From sequence record KY555144.1: a DNA stretch of 64,000 bases. One strand, 5' to 3'. This document shows, one piece after another, positions 54,518-62,633 of this stretch; the stretch's first letter is position 1; each line of letters begins with the position of its first letter. The notes beneath the pieces are model-generated. The model ran no database searches. It was given only the letters and a program-made list of their open reading frames with translations, and was not told the origin of the DNA. The position numbers and the translations under genes are program-made.

Positions 54518-54709
54518 ATGGCCGGATTTCTCAACCTGATCCCGAACCTCGCGCCGTTCGCGCTTTGGGGCGTCCTCCTCTGGATCGCCGCCGAGGTGGT
54601 CTGGAGCGTCAGCCTCTGGGTCTACGGCCTGCGGACCCTGTTCAAGCTGCACCGCGACGATCTGGCCGAGGCGATCAGCTTCGAGCGGGCCTTGAGCCCC
54701 TTCGACTAG
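54518..54709 (+). CDS. small membrane protein
   Basis: GGAG RBS before ATG 54518; hydrophobic helix. Confidence 0.65.
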   Translation: MAGFLNLIPNLAPFALWGVLLWIAAEVVWSVSLWVYGLRTLFKLHRDDLAEAISFERALSPFD

Positions 54710-54792
54710 GCGCGGCCCGCCGACCTAAGTCACAGACTGTAGGTTTCGTGACAAGGTAGGATATTCCACAGCGATTTCAAAGGCTTATCGCC

Positions 54793-55041
54793 ATGCCGAT
54801 CCACCGTCTCTTCCACGATCTGACCGTCCGTATCGTCGTTTTGGGGTGGATTTATGCCAAAAAGCCCCGAAAAACCGCTTCAAAAGGGCATAATTTTCAG
54901 CCCCATCCGCCGGCCCAGGCCGTCCAGTGGTACGGCGACGTGGTGCGTTCGTTCCTCGAATCGCTTGAGGCGCTCAAGCCGGCGCTCACGAAACGCGGCT
55001 GGCGTCAAGCCCTCTCGATGCGCCGCCCGCCTAAGTCATAG
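54793..55041 (+). CDS. hypothetical protein
   Basis: ORF bracketed by 30-bp imperfect direct repeats. Confidence 0.45.
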   Translation: MPIHRLFHDLTVRIVVLGWIYAKKPRKTASKGHNFQPHPPAQAVQWYGDVVRSFLESLEALKPALTKRGWRQALSMRRPPKS

Positions 55042-55088
55042 ACCGTGGCCTTCGTGACAGGATCACGCTTCCGTTACCGGAGAACCCC

Positions 55089-55229
55089 TTGCCGCACCTG
55101 GGTTTCTGGCTCGCCGCCGGCTCGATAGCCCTGGCCTGGGCGATCGGGGCTCTGGCGCGGCTCCACCCCGGCCGCGCCAGCCCGCGCCGCCGGTATCGCT
55201 CGGCCAAAGCATCATATATGAGCCCTTAA
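55089..55229 (+). CDS. possible 46-aa membrane peptide
   Basis: TTG start; hydrophobic N-half, basic C-half; weak RBS. Confidence 0.3.
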   Translation: MPHLGFWLAAGSIALAWAIGALARLHPGRASPRRRYRSAKASYMSP

Positions 55230-55251
55230 CCCCCCTAAGGTCTCATATATG
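55213..55251. repeat. 16-bp inverted repeat (1 mismatch)
   Basis: CATATATGAGCCCTTA-N7-TAAGGTCTCATATATG. Confidence 0.8.
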
Positions 55252-55267
55252 CGACCTTACGGCCCTC

Positions 55268-55424
55268 TTGACGCCCTCGTGTTCCTCTGAACGCGAGGGC
55301 GTTTTGACGTCGTCACATTTTCGACTTGACGCGGGAGCGTTTTGACGTCCGAGCGTTTTGACGCGGGCGCATTTTTGATTCGACGGGCGAGCGTTTTGAC
55401 GTCCGAACGTTTTTCAACTTGACG
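55268..55424 (+). repeat. TTGACG / GCGTTTTGACG cluster
   Basis: seven TTGACG, four within GCGTTTTGACG. Confidence 0.85.
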
Positions 55425-55446
55425 TCGTTTCATTTACCGGGAGCCC

Positions 55447-55625
55447 GTTAAGGTTAACGCCGGTCACCGAGCCCTGGGGCGATTAACCACCAGAGCGTTA
55501 ACCCTTCGCCCGTTAACCTATCGGTTGTTAAGGTTAACGCCCCGTTAGGGTTAACGCCGCTTAACCCTGCGCCCGTTAAGGTTAACGCGCCCCGGCCCAG
55601 GCGCCGCCCGGCCCTACCCGTTAAC
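55447..55625. repeat. TTAA(C) half-site cluster
   Basis: twelve TTAA, including GTTAAGGTTAAC x3. Confidence 0.85.
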
Positions 55626-55650
55626 CCTAACCGCCCGACCCCCGCGCCCA

Positions 55651-55692
55651 GGCCATACCCGGTAGGGCCTGACGGCCCTACCGGGTATGGCC
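55651..55692. repeat. perfect 19-bp inverted repeat, 4-nt loop
   Basis: GGCCATACCCGGTAGGGCC-TGAC-GGCCCTACCGGGTATGGCC. Confidence 0.92.
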
Positions 55693-55695
55693 CCG

Positions 55696-55925
55696 CGCCC
55701 CGGCGGAGGCCAGGGACCGCCCCGGCGGAGGCCAGGGACCGCCCCGGCGGAGGCCAGGGACCGCCCCGGCGGAGGCCAGGGACCGCCCCGGCGGAGGCCA
55801 GGGACCGCCCCGGCGGAGGCCAGGGACCGCCCCGGCGGAGGCCAGGGACCGCCCCGGCGGAGGCCAGGGACCGCCCCGGCGGAGGCCAGGGACCGCCCCG
55901 GCGGAGGCCAGGGACCGCCCCGGCG
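55696..55925 (+). repeat. perfect 22-bp tandem repeat, 10 full copies
   Basis: GGCGGAGGCCAGGGACCGCCCC from 55702 to 55921 plus partial flanks. Confidence 0.97.
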
Positions 55926-55940
55926 CTTTTTCGCGCCCCG

Positions 55941-55972
55941 TTTACCTTTTGTTAACTTCTGGCCTCTAGGGT
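55941..55972 (+). promoter_or_regulatory. CtrA-box promoter
   Basis: TTTA-N7-TTAAC then CTGGCCTCTAGGGT. Confidence 0.75.
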
Positions 55973-56020
55973 CGCCCTTGTCCCCGCCGCACTCCCGCGC
56001 CGGGCAAGGAGCTTCCCGCC

Positions 56021-56206
56021 ATGGTCCCCGACTCGATCATGAACCCCCGCGACCACTTCCACCGCCTGCGCGAGGAAACCGCCCGCGCTCTGGTCGAGAC
56101 GTTCGCCGAAACCGACCCCGGCGAGGACTACCGCGCCGAGGAAAAGGCCGGCGCGTGGGTTGTCGCCTATTACGACGCGGCGGGCGAATTCGTCGCCTAT
56201 CTCTAG
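56021..56206 (+). CDS. hypothetical protein
   Basis: AAGGAG RBS. Confidence 0.75.
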   Translation: MVPDSIMNPRDHFHRLREETARALVETFAETDPGEDYRAEEKAGAWVVAYYDAAGEFVAYL

Positions 56207-56230
56207 CCGCCTTCGCCCCCTGGCGCCGCG

Positions 56231-56262
56231 TTAACGGTTTGTTAACATATCGGCGCCAGGGT
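56231..56262 (+). promoter_or_regulatory. CtrA-box promoter (perfect site)
   Basis: TTAA-CGGTTTG-TTAAC, variant -10 CGCCAGGG. Confidence 0.75.
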
Positions 56263-56305
56263 CGCCCTAGCCCGGCGCGTCGCCGCGCCTTCGGAGAAAA
56301 GCCCC

Positions 56306-57109
56306 ATGCTCTACACCCCCGCCGCTCGCCGCCTTCGCGCCTATCGCGAAACCGCCGCGAAGAACACCGAAATTCACGCCCGCCCGCATATGGCCGGCAA
56401 CGTCGCCGGCTATAACGAATCGGTTTGGCCGACGACGGCGCTAGGCGTCGCCGCCAAGGCCGGCGCCTTCAAGCGCCCCGAAACCGCCGGCAACTGGTCG
56501 GAAGATCGCAAAGCCTATTACGCCCCCGCGTGGCCGGCCGGCTGGCGCGTGCTGGGCACGGCCGAAGAGGTCTGCCGCAAGGAAGGATCGCGCCGGGTGG
56601 AACATTCGGGATGGTACACGACGCCCGACGACTACAGCGCCACTCTTTCGGGCTATGTGCTGCAAATCCCCGCCCGCGACGGGGTCGCCCAATACGTCGC
56701 CGGGACCGCTCATAGCGAGTTTGACGGGGTCACCGTCTACCCCTCGCGCCGTTTCGACAACCCGCTAGACGCGGCGAGCGCCGCCGACCAAATCGCCGAA
56801 CGCGACGCCGAAGAGGAACGCGAATATCAAAGCGCGTGGCAAGCGGGCGTGCGCTTCGCCGAACTGGGCGCCGAGGTCAAGGAGGCCCGCGCCGAAGCCC
56901 TGGCGATCCTTGGCGAGCGTCGCAAGGTCAAGGGGCTGGAAACCCCCGCCTTGTGCGGCGCGATCCGGGCGCAAGTCGAGTCCTTGCTGGAGAAGATCGA
57001 AGAGGCCCGCGCCAAGCGCGACGCCCTGGCGCAAGGCAATGACCCCGGCCTCATGTTCTACCCCTCGCCGCGTCTGGTCGCGGCCTTCAATGAGGGGGCG
57101 GGGCTTTGA
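56306..57109 (+). CDS. hypothetical protein
   Basis: GGAG RBS; C-terminal coiled coil. Confidence 0.8.
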   Translation: MLYTPAARRLRAYRETAAKNTEIHARPHMAGNVAGYNESVWPTTALGVAAKAGAFKRPETAGNWSEDRKAYYAPAWPAGWRVLGTAEEVCRKEGSRRVEHSGWYTTPDDYSATLSGYVLQIPARDGVAQYVAGTAHSEFDGVTVYPSRRFDNPLDAASAADQIAERDAEEEREYQSAWQAGVRFAELGAEVKEARAEALAILGERRKVKGLETPALCGAIRAQVESLLEKIEEARAKRDALAQGNDPGLMFYPSPRLVAAFNEGAGL

Positions 57110-57315
57110 GGGTCGCCCGCGATAGCTTCGCCGTGTTCTGGTCGCGCCCTGGCCAGAAATGGGGGTTTCACGCCGACATGAAACGGGCGCTTTACCCAAC
57201 CCCCAAGGCCGCCGCCGACGCCTTCCGCGTCATGTTCCCGCGTGACGTGGTTCGGAGCGTCCGCGACGCTTCCGGCCGCTTCCTGGCCTTCAAGGAGTCC
57301 GCCCCGTGCGCCTGA
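57106..57315 (+). CDS. hypothetical protein
   Basis: TTGA overlap. Confidence 0.65.
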   Translation: MRVARDSFAVFWSRPGQKWGFHADMKRALYPTPKAAADAFRVMFPRDVVRSVRDASGRFLAFKESAPCA

Positions 57316-57587
57316 TCAGCTACAACGTCAACGGAACCGGTTTCAAGGGCGGCTCCGCCCCGCCCGCCCCATGCCCTGGCCTCGCCGGACACGCCGACGA
57401 GGCGGGGCTATGGGTTCCCGACCGTGAGACGGTCGCCGCGCTTCTCCCCCGGCGCTGGCGCCACGCCTTCGCCCGCGCGGCGTTTTGGTATGACGCCCGC
57501 GACAACAAAAAGCCTTGCCGCGCCGACCTCTACGACGCGCGCGGCCGGTACCTGACTCAGGTCTGGGCGCATCCGGTTTTCGCCTGA
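57306..57587 (+). CDS. hypothetical protein
   Basis: AAGGAG RBS, GTG start. Confidence 0.7.
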   Translation: MRLISYNVNGTGFKGGSAPPAPCPGLAGHADEAGLWVPDRETVAALLPRRWRHAFARAAFWYDARDNKKPCRADLYDARGRYLTQVWAHPVFA

Positions 57588-57591
57588 TCGG

Positions 57592-57620
57592 ACGCCCCGG
57601 AAAAATTTCCGGGGCGTTTA
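57592..57620 (+). terminator. terminator hairpin abutting the next CtrA box
   Basis: ACGCCCCGGAAA-AA-TTTCCGGGGCGT then TTACCTTTT. Confidence 0.65.
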
Positions 57621-57675
57621 CCTTTTGTTAACCTCTGGCCTCTAGGGTGACTTTCGCCGCCGGGCAATCCCGCCC
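57617..57675 (+). promoter_or_regulatory. CtrA-box promoter plus GGCAATCCCGCC leader
   Basis: TTTA-CCTTTTG-TTAAC..CTCTAGGGT..CGGGCAATCCCGCC. Confidence 0.8.
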
Positions 57676-57706
57676 GCCGGACCCTCTTTCAAGGATTGCT
57701 CCCGTC

Positions 57707-58750
57707 ATGACCTCTCATGCCATGGTCGCGCACCGTTGGGCGCAGGACGACGAGAACGGCCGCACCGCGCGCGGCTTCAACATGTATTTCGAGCGCTACG
57801 GGCGCGGCGCCGACCGCGTCAACGTGATTTTCTCCTACGGGACTCACTTCCCGGCCGCCGCCTTCGTGACCGACGCGCACGGCCGCCGCGTCGCTCTGGT
57901 CACCACGCGGACTCGGAGCATTTCGACCGCTAAGCACATGTCGCACATTCGCCGGGCGATCCGTGGCCCTTATTTCAACGTCCCGGACGTGTCGCGGATG
58001 CACAAGCCGGGCGGCGCGGGCGACTTCCACGGGGACAACCTGCGCGCCTATATCGAGAGCGCCGCCGGCCTCGCCGCCAAGGCCAAGCGCGCCCGCGTCA
58101 ACGGCCCTTGGCTGCTTTCGCAGGCCCGCGACGTGCTCGCCGAAGCCCAACGCTACGCCGACGCCTTCAAGCTGAAAACCAAGGTTCCGCCCTTGGAAGA
58201 CGTCGCCGGCGCATGGGCGAAGATGACGGCCGCCAAGGCGCGGGCCGAAGCCAAGGCCCGCAAGGAGGCCGAAAAGCGCGCCCGCGAGGCCCGCGAAGCC
58301 GAACGCCTCGCCGACGCCGAAGCCTTCGCCGGGTGGATGCGCGGCGAGCGCCAGAGCGCCCCGTTTAGCTACCGGGTGCGCGATGACGGGACCGTCTATC
58401 TTCGCCGCTTCCGGGGCGTGGTCCGCGACCTGCGCAGCCAAGAGCGCGACGGCTCGCGCGTCGATGAACTGCAAACCTCGCAAGGCGCGGCCGTGCCGTG
58501 GGAACACGCGGTCAAGGCCTTCCGGTTCATCAAGCTTTGCCGCGAACGCGGCGAGGGCTTCCACCGTAACGGCCGGGTGATTCGCGTCGGTCACTTCCAA
58601 GTCGATTCGATCGCCCCCAATGGCGACATGGTCGCCGGGTGTCACCGGTTCGCGTGGGATGAAATCGAACGCCTCGCCAGGGCCGAAGGGGTTTTCGACC
58701 TCCCCGCCGCCGCCGACGCCGTCGAAACCCGGCAAGCCGAACCGGCCTAA
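57707..58750 (+). CDS. conserved hypothetical phage protein
   Basis: start trimmed to ATG 57707 after AAGGA; RSISTAKH..LQTSQGA..VGHFQVD..AGCH. Confidence 0.85.
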   Translation: MTSHAMVAHRWAQDDENGRTARGFNMYFERYGRGADRVNVIFSYGTHFPAAAFVTDAHGRRVALVTTRTRSISTAKHMSHIRRAIRGPYFNVPDVSRMHKPGGAGDFHGDNLRAYIESAAGLAAKAKRARVNGPWLLSQARDVLAEAQRYADAFKLKTKVPPLEDVAGAWAKMTAAKARAEAKARKEAEKRAREAREAERLADAEAFAGWMRGERQSAPFSYRVRDDGTVYLRRFRGVVRDLRSQERDGSRVDELQTSQGAAVPWEHAVKAFRFIKLCRERGEGFHRNGRVIRVGHFQVDSIAPNGDMVAGCHRFAWDEIERLARAEGVFDLPAAADAVETRQAEPA

Positions 58751-58807
58751 GCCCGCCCTCCAGCGCCCCGGCTTCCCGCCGGGGCGCGCCCTTCGAAAGG
58801 TCCGCCC

Positions 58808-58975
58808 ATGAAACCCGTCATTGTTCTGGAACTCGACCAAGCCAGCGCGGACGCCGTAAGCGAAGCCCTCGCCCATGTCTGGCGCGAGGTTTTCGACAAG
58901 AGCCGCACCGGCGCGGCCGGCAAGCTTCGCGCCGTGCTGGATCGCCTCAACACGGTGACCCCCGCCAAGCGCTAG
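58808..58975 (+). CDS. 55-aa hypothetical protein (below ORF-track cutoff)
   Basis: AAAGG RBS; MKPVIVLELDQAS... Confidence 0.65.
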   Translation: MKPVIVLELDQASADAVSEALAHVWREVFDKSRTGAAGKLRAVLDRLNTVTPAKR

Positions 58976-58982
58976 ACCCTCC

Positions 58983-59012
58983 AGCGCCCCGGCTCCCCGC
59001 CGGGGCGCTTTC
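58983..59012 (+). terminator. terminator hairpin (near-duplicate at 58763-58787)
   Basis: AGCGCCCCGGC-TCCCC-GCCGGGGCGCT-TT. Confidence 0.65.
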
Positions 59013-59021
59013 GTGTACGCG

Positions 59022-59080
59022 GTAACCTTTTGTTAACCTCTGGCCTCTAGGGTGACTTTCGCCGCCGGGCAATCCCGCCC
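59022..59080 (+). promoter_or_regulatory. CtrA-box promoter plus GGCAATCCCGCC leader
   Basis: GTAA-CCTTTTG-TTAAC..CTCTAGGGT..CGGGCAATCCCGCC. Confidence 0.8.
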
Positions 59081-59106
59081 GCCGGCCTCGCTTAGGACCC
59101 GCTCAA

Positions 59107-59406
59107 ATGGCCCTTTTCGTCGTCGCTATTGACCCCGCCCTCATCCCCTCCGCCGCCGGTTTCGTCGTCGCCTCCCCCTACGGGTGCGGCAAGTGGCGCG
59201 CGTGCGTCGGGAGCGAGGCGGACATGATCACGCTTCGCGACAAGATGCGCCGGGCGCACCCGACCCCGGAAGGCTACAGCGTCCAGCCCCTGGCGCAATT
59301 CCTGGCCTATCTGGAGACGGTCGGGGCTAATCCTTATGACCAGTACCGCGCCCGCGACGCCGCCGCGCGCATCCTTGACACCCTGACAACGCACCTCGCC
59401 GCCTAA
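59107..59406 (+). CDS. hypothetical protein
   Basis: AGGA RBS. Confidence 0.75.
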   Translation: MALFVVAIDPALIPSAAGFVVASPYGCGKWRACVGSEADMITLRDKMRRAHPTPEGYSVQPLAQFLAYLETVGANPYDQYRARDAAARILDTLTTHLAA

Positions 59407-59456
59407 CCCCTCAAAGCCCCCGGCCGCGCCGGGGGCGCCTCTCTGGAGCAAAGACC

Positions 59457-59768
59457 ATGCAAACCCGTCTCATCGTCGTGCGCGCGCCGACCGCCGCCGA
59501 ACTCGCCGACCCGTCCAGCCGCGCGGGCGGCGCCGAAGTCGTCTTTGAGCGCGCCGACCGCGAGGGCCGCACGCGGCTTGTGTTCGCCTCCTACTGCTAC
59601 GGCTCATATCAGCAATGGGGCGAAACCGTCGACGTGCTCGGCGACAACGTCGAGGCCGCCACCCTCTGGGCGCGCGGCATGGCCCGCGTTCATGACCTCA
59701 TCCAAGAGGACCCGGACGACGACGAGGGCGACGACGCCCCGGCCGAAGACGACGACGGGGAGGCGTGA
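59457..59768 (+). CDS. hypothetical protein with acidic tail
   Basis: GGAG RBS. Confidence 0.8.
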   Translation: MQTRLIVVRAPTAAELADPSSRAGGAEVVFERADREGRTRLVFASYCYGSYQQWGETVDVLGDNVEAATLWARGMARVHDLIQEDPDDDEGDDAPAEDDDGEA

Positions 59769-59771
59769 GCC

Positions 59772-60194
59772 ATGCGAACCACGAAAGCCCAACGCTTCGC
59801 CGCCGTCGCCTTTGACGCCCTGGCCAAGGCCCTAAGCGAAGAGCCCCGCCGCGTCGTCTCCCGCGTGACCAAATGGGAGGGGGCGGGCCATAGCTTCGCC
59901 AACCTGCAACGCGATTATGAGCGTTACGGCCCCGGCCGCCGCTCATGGTTCGGCCGCGACGAAATGCGGTTCTTTGGGACGCGCCTAGAGGCCGCCCCGC
60001 TGGACTTTCCCGCCCTTCGCGTCACCCTCTTTCTGACCTCCGAAACCCCGCCCGGCGCCGGCCGGGTCTGGACCCTTCGCGCCTATCTCTGGGACTCGGC
60101 CGATATCGAGACTTTGACGCGCGGCGACGAAACCGACGCGGCGACCGCGCAAGCCGCCTTTGACCTGCTTTGGCCGATCCTTTCCGGCCGGTAA
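59772..60194 (+). CDS. hypothetical protein
   Basis: GGAGG RBS; WFGRDEMRFFGTR. Confidence 0.8.
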   Translation: MRTTKAQRFAAVAFDALAKALSEEPRRVVSRVTKWEGAGHSFANLQRDYERYGPGRRSWFGRDEMRFFGTRLEAAPLDFPALRVTLFLTSETPPGAGRVWTLRAYLWDSADIETLTRGDETDAATAQAAFDLLWPILSGR

Positions 60195-60248
60195 CCTTTT
60201 GTTAACTTCTGGCCTCTAGGGTGTCTTTGCGGCCGGGCAATCCCGCCC
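60191..60248 (+). promoter_or_regulatory. CtrA-box promoter plus GGCAATCCCGCC leader
   Basis: GTAA-CCTTTTG-TTAAC..CTCTAGGGT..CGGGCAATCCCGCC. Confidence 0.8.
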
Positions 60249-60274
60249 GGTCCGCTCGCCAAGGATCGCACCGC

Positions 60275-60547
60275 ATGACCCGCGCGCAAGCCCTCGCCGA
60301 CATGAACGCCCTCCCCGGTATCATCGCCTCCTTTGATCGCGAGACGGGCGAATATCGCGTGACCCTCCGCTTTGGCCCGCTCCCCATGGGGCGTGGCGCG
60401 CAAGAGTGGATGCACGCCCGCCGCGAAGCCGTCGCCAGCTACAGCGACGACAAGGCCGACGCCCTGGCCACCGCCCGCGACATGTCCAAGCGTTGGGAGG
60501 CGATGAGCGCCCAAGAGCGTTCGCACCTCTATCACAACCCCGCCTAA
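60275..60547 (+). CDS. hypothetical protein
   Basis: AAGGA RBS, ATG 60275. Confidence 0.75.
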   Translation: MTRAQALADMNALPGIIASFDRETGEYRVTLRFGPLPMGRGAQEWMHARREAVASYSDDKADALATARDMSKRWEAMSAQERSHLYHNPA

Positions 60548-60612
60548 AGCCCTCGCCGCCCTGGCCACCGCCGGGGCGGCTCCCCTCAACCCCTCGCCAA
60601 GGATCGCACCCC

Positions 60613-60897
60613 ATGACCGCCCGCAAGCCCCTGACCAAGGAACAAAAGGCCCGCCGCCGCGCCACGCGCCGCGCCGCCCGCCTCACGTGGTCCGATGAGC
60701 GCCGCGCCCGCGAATTCGAGCGTCAAGCCCGCTTCTTCCTGATGATCGCCACCCGCGCCCAAGGCGCCGGCCAAGGCCAGGAAGCCGCCCGCCTCGCGAC
60801 CGTCGCGCAGCGCAAGGTCACCAATTGGCGCATGGCGCAGGCCTGCGCCCGGATCAATGCGCTTGCGGTTCATCCGTGGGCGGGGGTCGCGGCCTAA
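60613..60897 (+). CDS. basic hypothetical protein
   Basis: AAGGA RBS, ATG 60613; Arg/Ala-rich. Confidence 0.75.
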   Translation: MTARKPLTKEQKARRRATRRAARLTWSDERRAREFERQARFFLMIATRAQGAGQGQEAARLATVAQRKVTNWRMAQACARINALAVHPWAGVAA

Positions 60898-61082
60898 TGC
60901 CCCGCCGCGTCCGCTACATGCCGTCCGACGCTCTGGACCTCGCCGACGCGCTCGGCGAGGGGCTGGACCTCGTCGCCACCCTGAGCGAGGCCCGCCGCGC
61001 CGGCGCCCCGTTCGCCGACACCCTCGCCGCCCTAGAGGACTGGGCGCTTAACAATCGCCACCTGATCGAAGAGGACGCCTAA
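60897..61082 (+). CDS. hypothetical protein
   Basis: TAATG overlap. Confidence 0.7.
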   Translation: MPRRVRYMPSDALDLADALGEGLDLVATLSEARRAGAPFADTLAALEDWALNNRHLIEEDA

Positions 61083-61085
61083 CCC

Positions 61086-61286
61086 ATGCCCCGCCCCCTG
61101 AGCCCGCCCATGTCGCACCCTCACGCCCTGGCGCTGATCGCCCTCGCCGGGCGCGTGCTGGACCTGACCCGCCTGCACCCTGGCGATCAACGCAAGGCCG
61201 CGATTGACCTAATCGGCGACCTCTACGCCCTCGCCGACGACATCGACGCCGACCCCGCCGCCCTGACGCAACCGGAGGCCGCCTAA
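61086..61286 (+). CDS. hypothetical protein
   Basis: GAGGA RBS. Confidence 0.7.
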   Translation: MPRPLSPPMSHPHALALIALAGRVLDLTRLHPGDQRKAAIDLIGDLYALADDIDADPAALTQPEAA

Positions 61287-61289
61287 GCC

Positions 61290-61874
61290 ATGACCGCCAC
61301 CCGCTACCGCCTCCCGAACATGGCCGCCTATGGCAAGGGGCTTTCCGACTCGCTTTATGCGGCGTCGGAAGTCGTCGCCCGCGCCATCCCGGCCGAAACC
61401 TCCGCCACCGGGCCGGCCGCGCTGGAAAACCTCCGCTCGGCCCTGATCACCTACAGCGCCGGGGCGCATACGCCCAAGGCCCCGGACTCGGTCCTGGCGA
61501 CTCTGCTCTGGGTTGTCGAAATGGCGCAAGAGCGCGCCACCGACTCCGATTTCAACACCGCCCGCGAGGCGCTGGATGAACACGACGCGCTAGGCTTTGT
61601 CACCGATTGGCTAGAGGCGCACGGGCTGGACGTCTCGCGCATCCGGGCCGCCGAACTCAACGCCGAAGCCCGCGCCCTTCTTGTGGAAGAGGCGGACGCC
61701 GAACAAGCCAAGCTGGACGCCTTGGAAGCCGCCGCCCTGGCCGAAGCGCCGGGCGACGTGATCACCGACGCCTTGCGCCCCTATCTGGGCGCCGCCCTGG
61801 CCGAAACCCACGCCGACGACGTGCTAGACGCCCTCACGCGCGCCGGCTTCCAAATCACCCGCAAGGAGGCCTAG
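61290..61874 (+). CDS. hypothetical helical protein
   Basis: GGAGG RBS. Confidence 0.8.
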   Translation: MTATRYRLPNMAAYGKGLSDSLYAASEVVARAIPAETSATGPAALENLRSALITYSAGAHTPKAPDSVLATLLWVVEMAQERATDSDFNTAREALDEHDALGFVTDWLEAHGLDVSRIRAAELNAEARALLVEEADAEQAKLDALEAAALAEAPGDVITDALRPYLGAALAETHADDVLDALTRAGFQITRKEA

Positions 61875-61877
61875 ACC

Positions 61878-62366
61878 ATGGCTCGCGACGTGTCCCGCTT
61901 CGCCACCCCTGAAAAGATCATCGGGGGTTACCTCATGACCGCCCAACGCGACGGGGCCATGACTGAGGCCGCCGACGTCATCGCCACCCTAGAGGCGGCC
62001 GGCTATGTCATCGCCCGCCGCCGCGACGTCTACACCGACTCGGGGGTCAAGTTGGGCGACGCCCTGGCGGCGCTTTACGACGCCGTCCCGAACTACGCCG
62101 TGCGCTCGCAACGGCTCGCCGACGCCCTGACCCCGGCGCGGGATTACGTCTATCAGCCCCGGTTCCGGGCCAAGCTGGACGCCGCGCCCGGCGCGCGCCT
62201 GACCGACTGCGAAACCGGCGCGTGCGTCTATTTCCAGCCGGGCGACGACGCCGAAGCCTTCCGCGCCCTCTTCGCCCCCTGGCTTCGCGACGACGACGAG
62301 ACGGGCGACGGAAAGGCCCTGGCGTCGATGATGAACGCCACGGCCGAAGAATACTTTTCCGGCTAA
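61878..62366 (+). CDS. hypothetical protein
   Basis: AAGGAGG RBS. Confidence 0.8.
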   Translation: MARDVSRFATPEKIIGGYLMTAQRDGAMTEAADVIATLEAAGYVIARRRDVYTDSGVKLGDALAALYDAVPNYAVRSQRLADALTPARDYVYQPRFRAKLDAAPGARLTDCETGACVYFQPGDDAEAFRALFAPWLRDDDETGDGKALASMMNATAEEYFSG

Positions 62367-62547
62367 GTCATCATTCCTACCGTCTATGACTTGTCACCGG
62401 CCGAACTCTTGCCCGGTGACAGTCTGGGCAAGTAAAGCTCACTCTGGATTTTATGACTTAGCGCAAAGGATTGAAATTGCTCGAAAAATTCCTCGAAGCC
62501 CATAAAGTCGTTTTCTGGCTGCTTTTGCTGGCCTGTTTGTGGCGCTT

Positions 62548-62606
62548 TTAACGCTTTGTTAACCCCTGGCCCTCTAGGGTCGAATTCCCGGCGCGGCAAT
62601 CCCGCC
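62548..62606 (+). promoter_or_regulatory. CtrA-box promoter (perfect site) plus GGCAATCCCGCC leader
   Basis: TTAA-CGCTTTG-TTAAC..CTCTAGGGT..CGGCAATCCCGCC. Confidence 0.8.
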
Positions 62607-62633
62607 GCCCGGCCTTCCTTCGGAGCTTCCAAA

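Noticed and set aside
54359-54652. Minus-strand ORF giving an 8-aa xxxPGSP repeat
   Set aside because: Third codon positions of Gly and Ser (GGG TCC) are invariant across copies, implying DNA-level constraint; it also overlaps 54518..54709 antisense
55687-56415. 242-aa ORF through the 22-bp tandem repeat
   Set aside because: Unit length is not a multiple of 3, no RBS, and it overlaps a promoter and real genes
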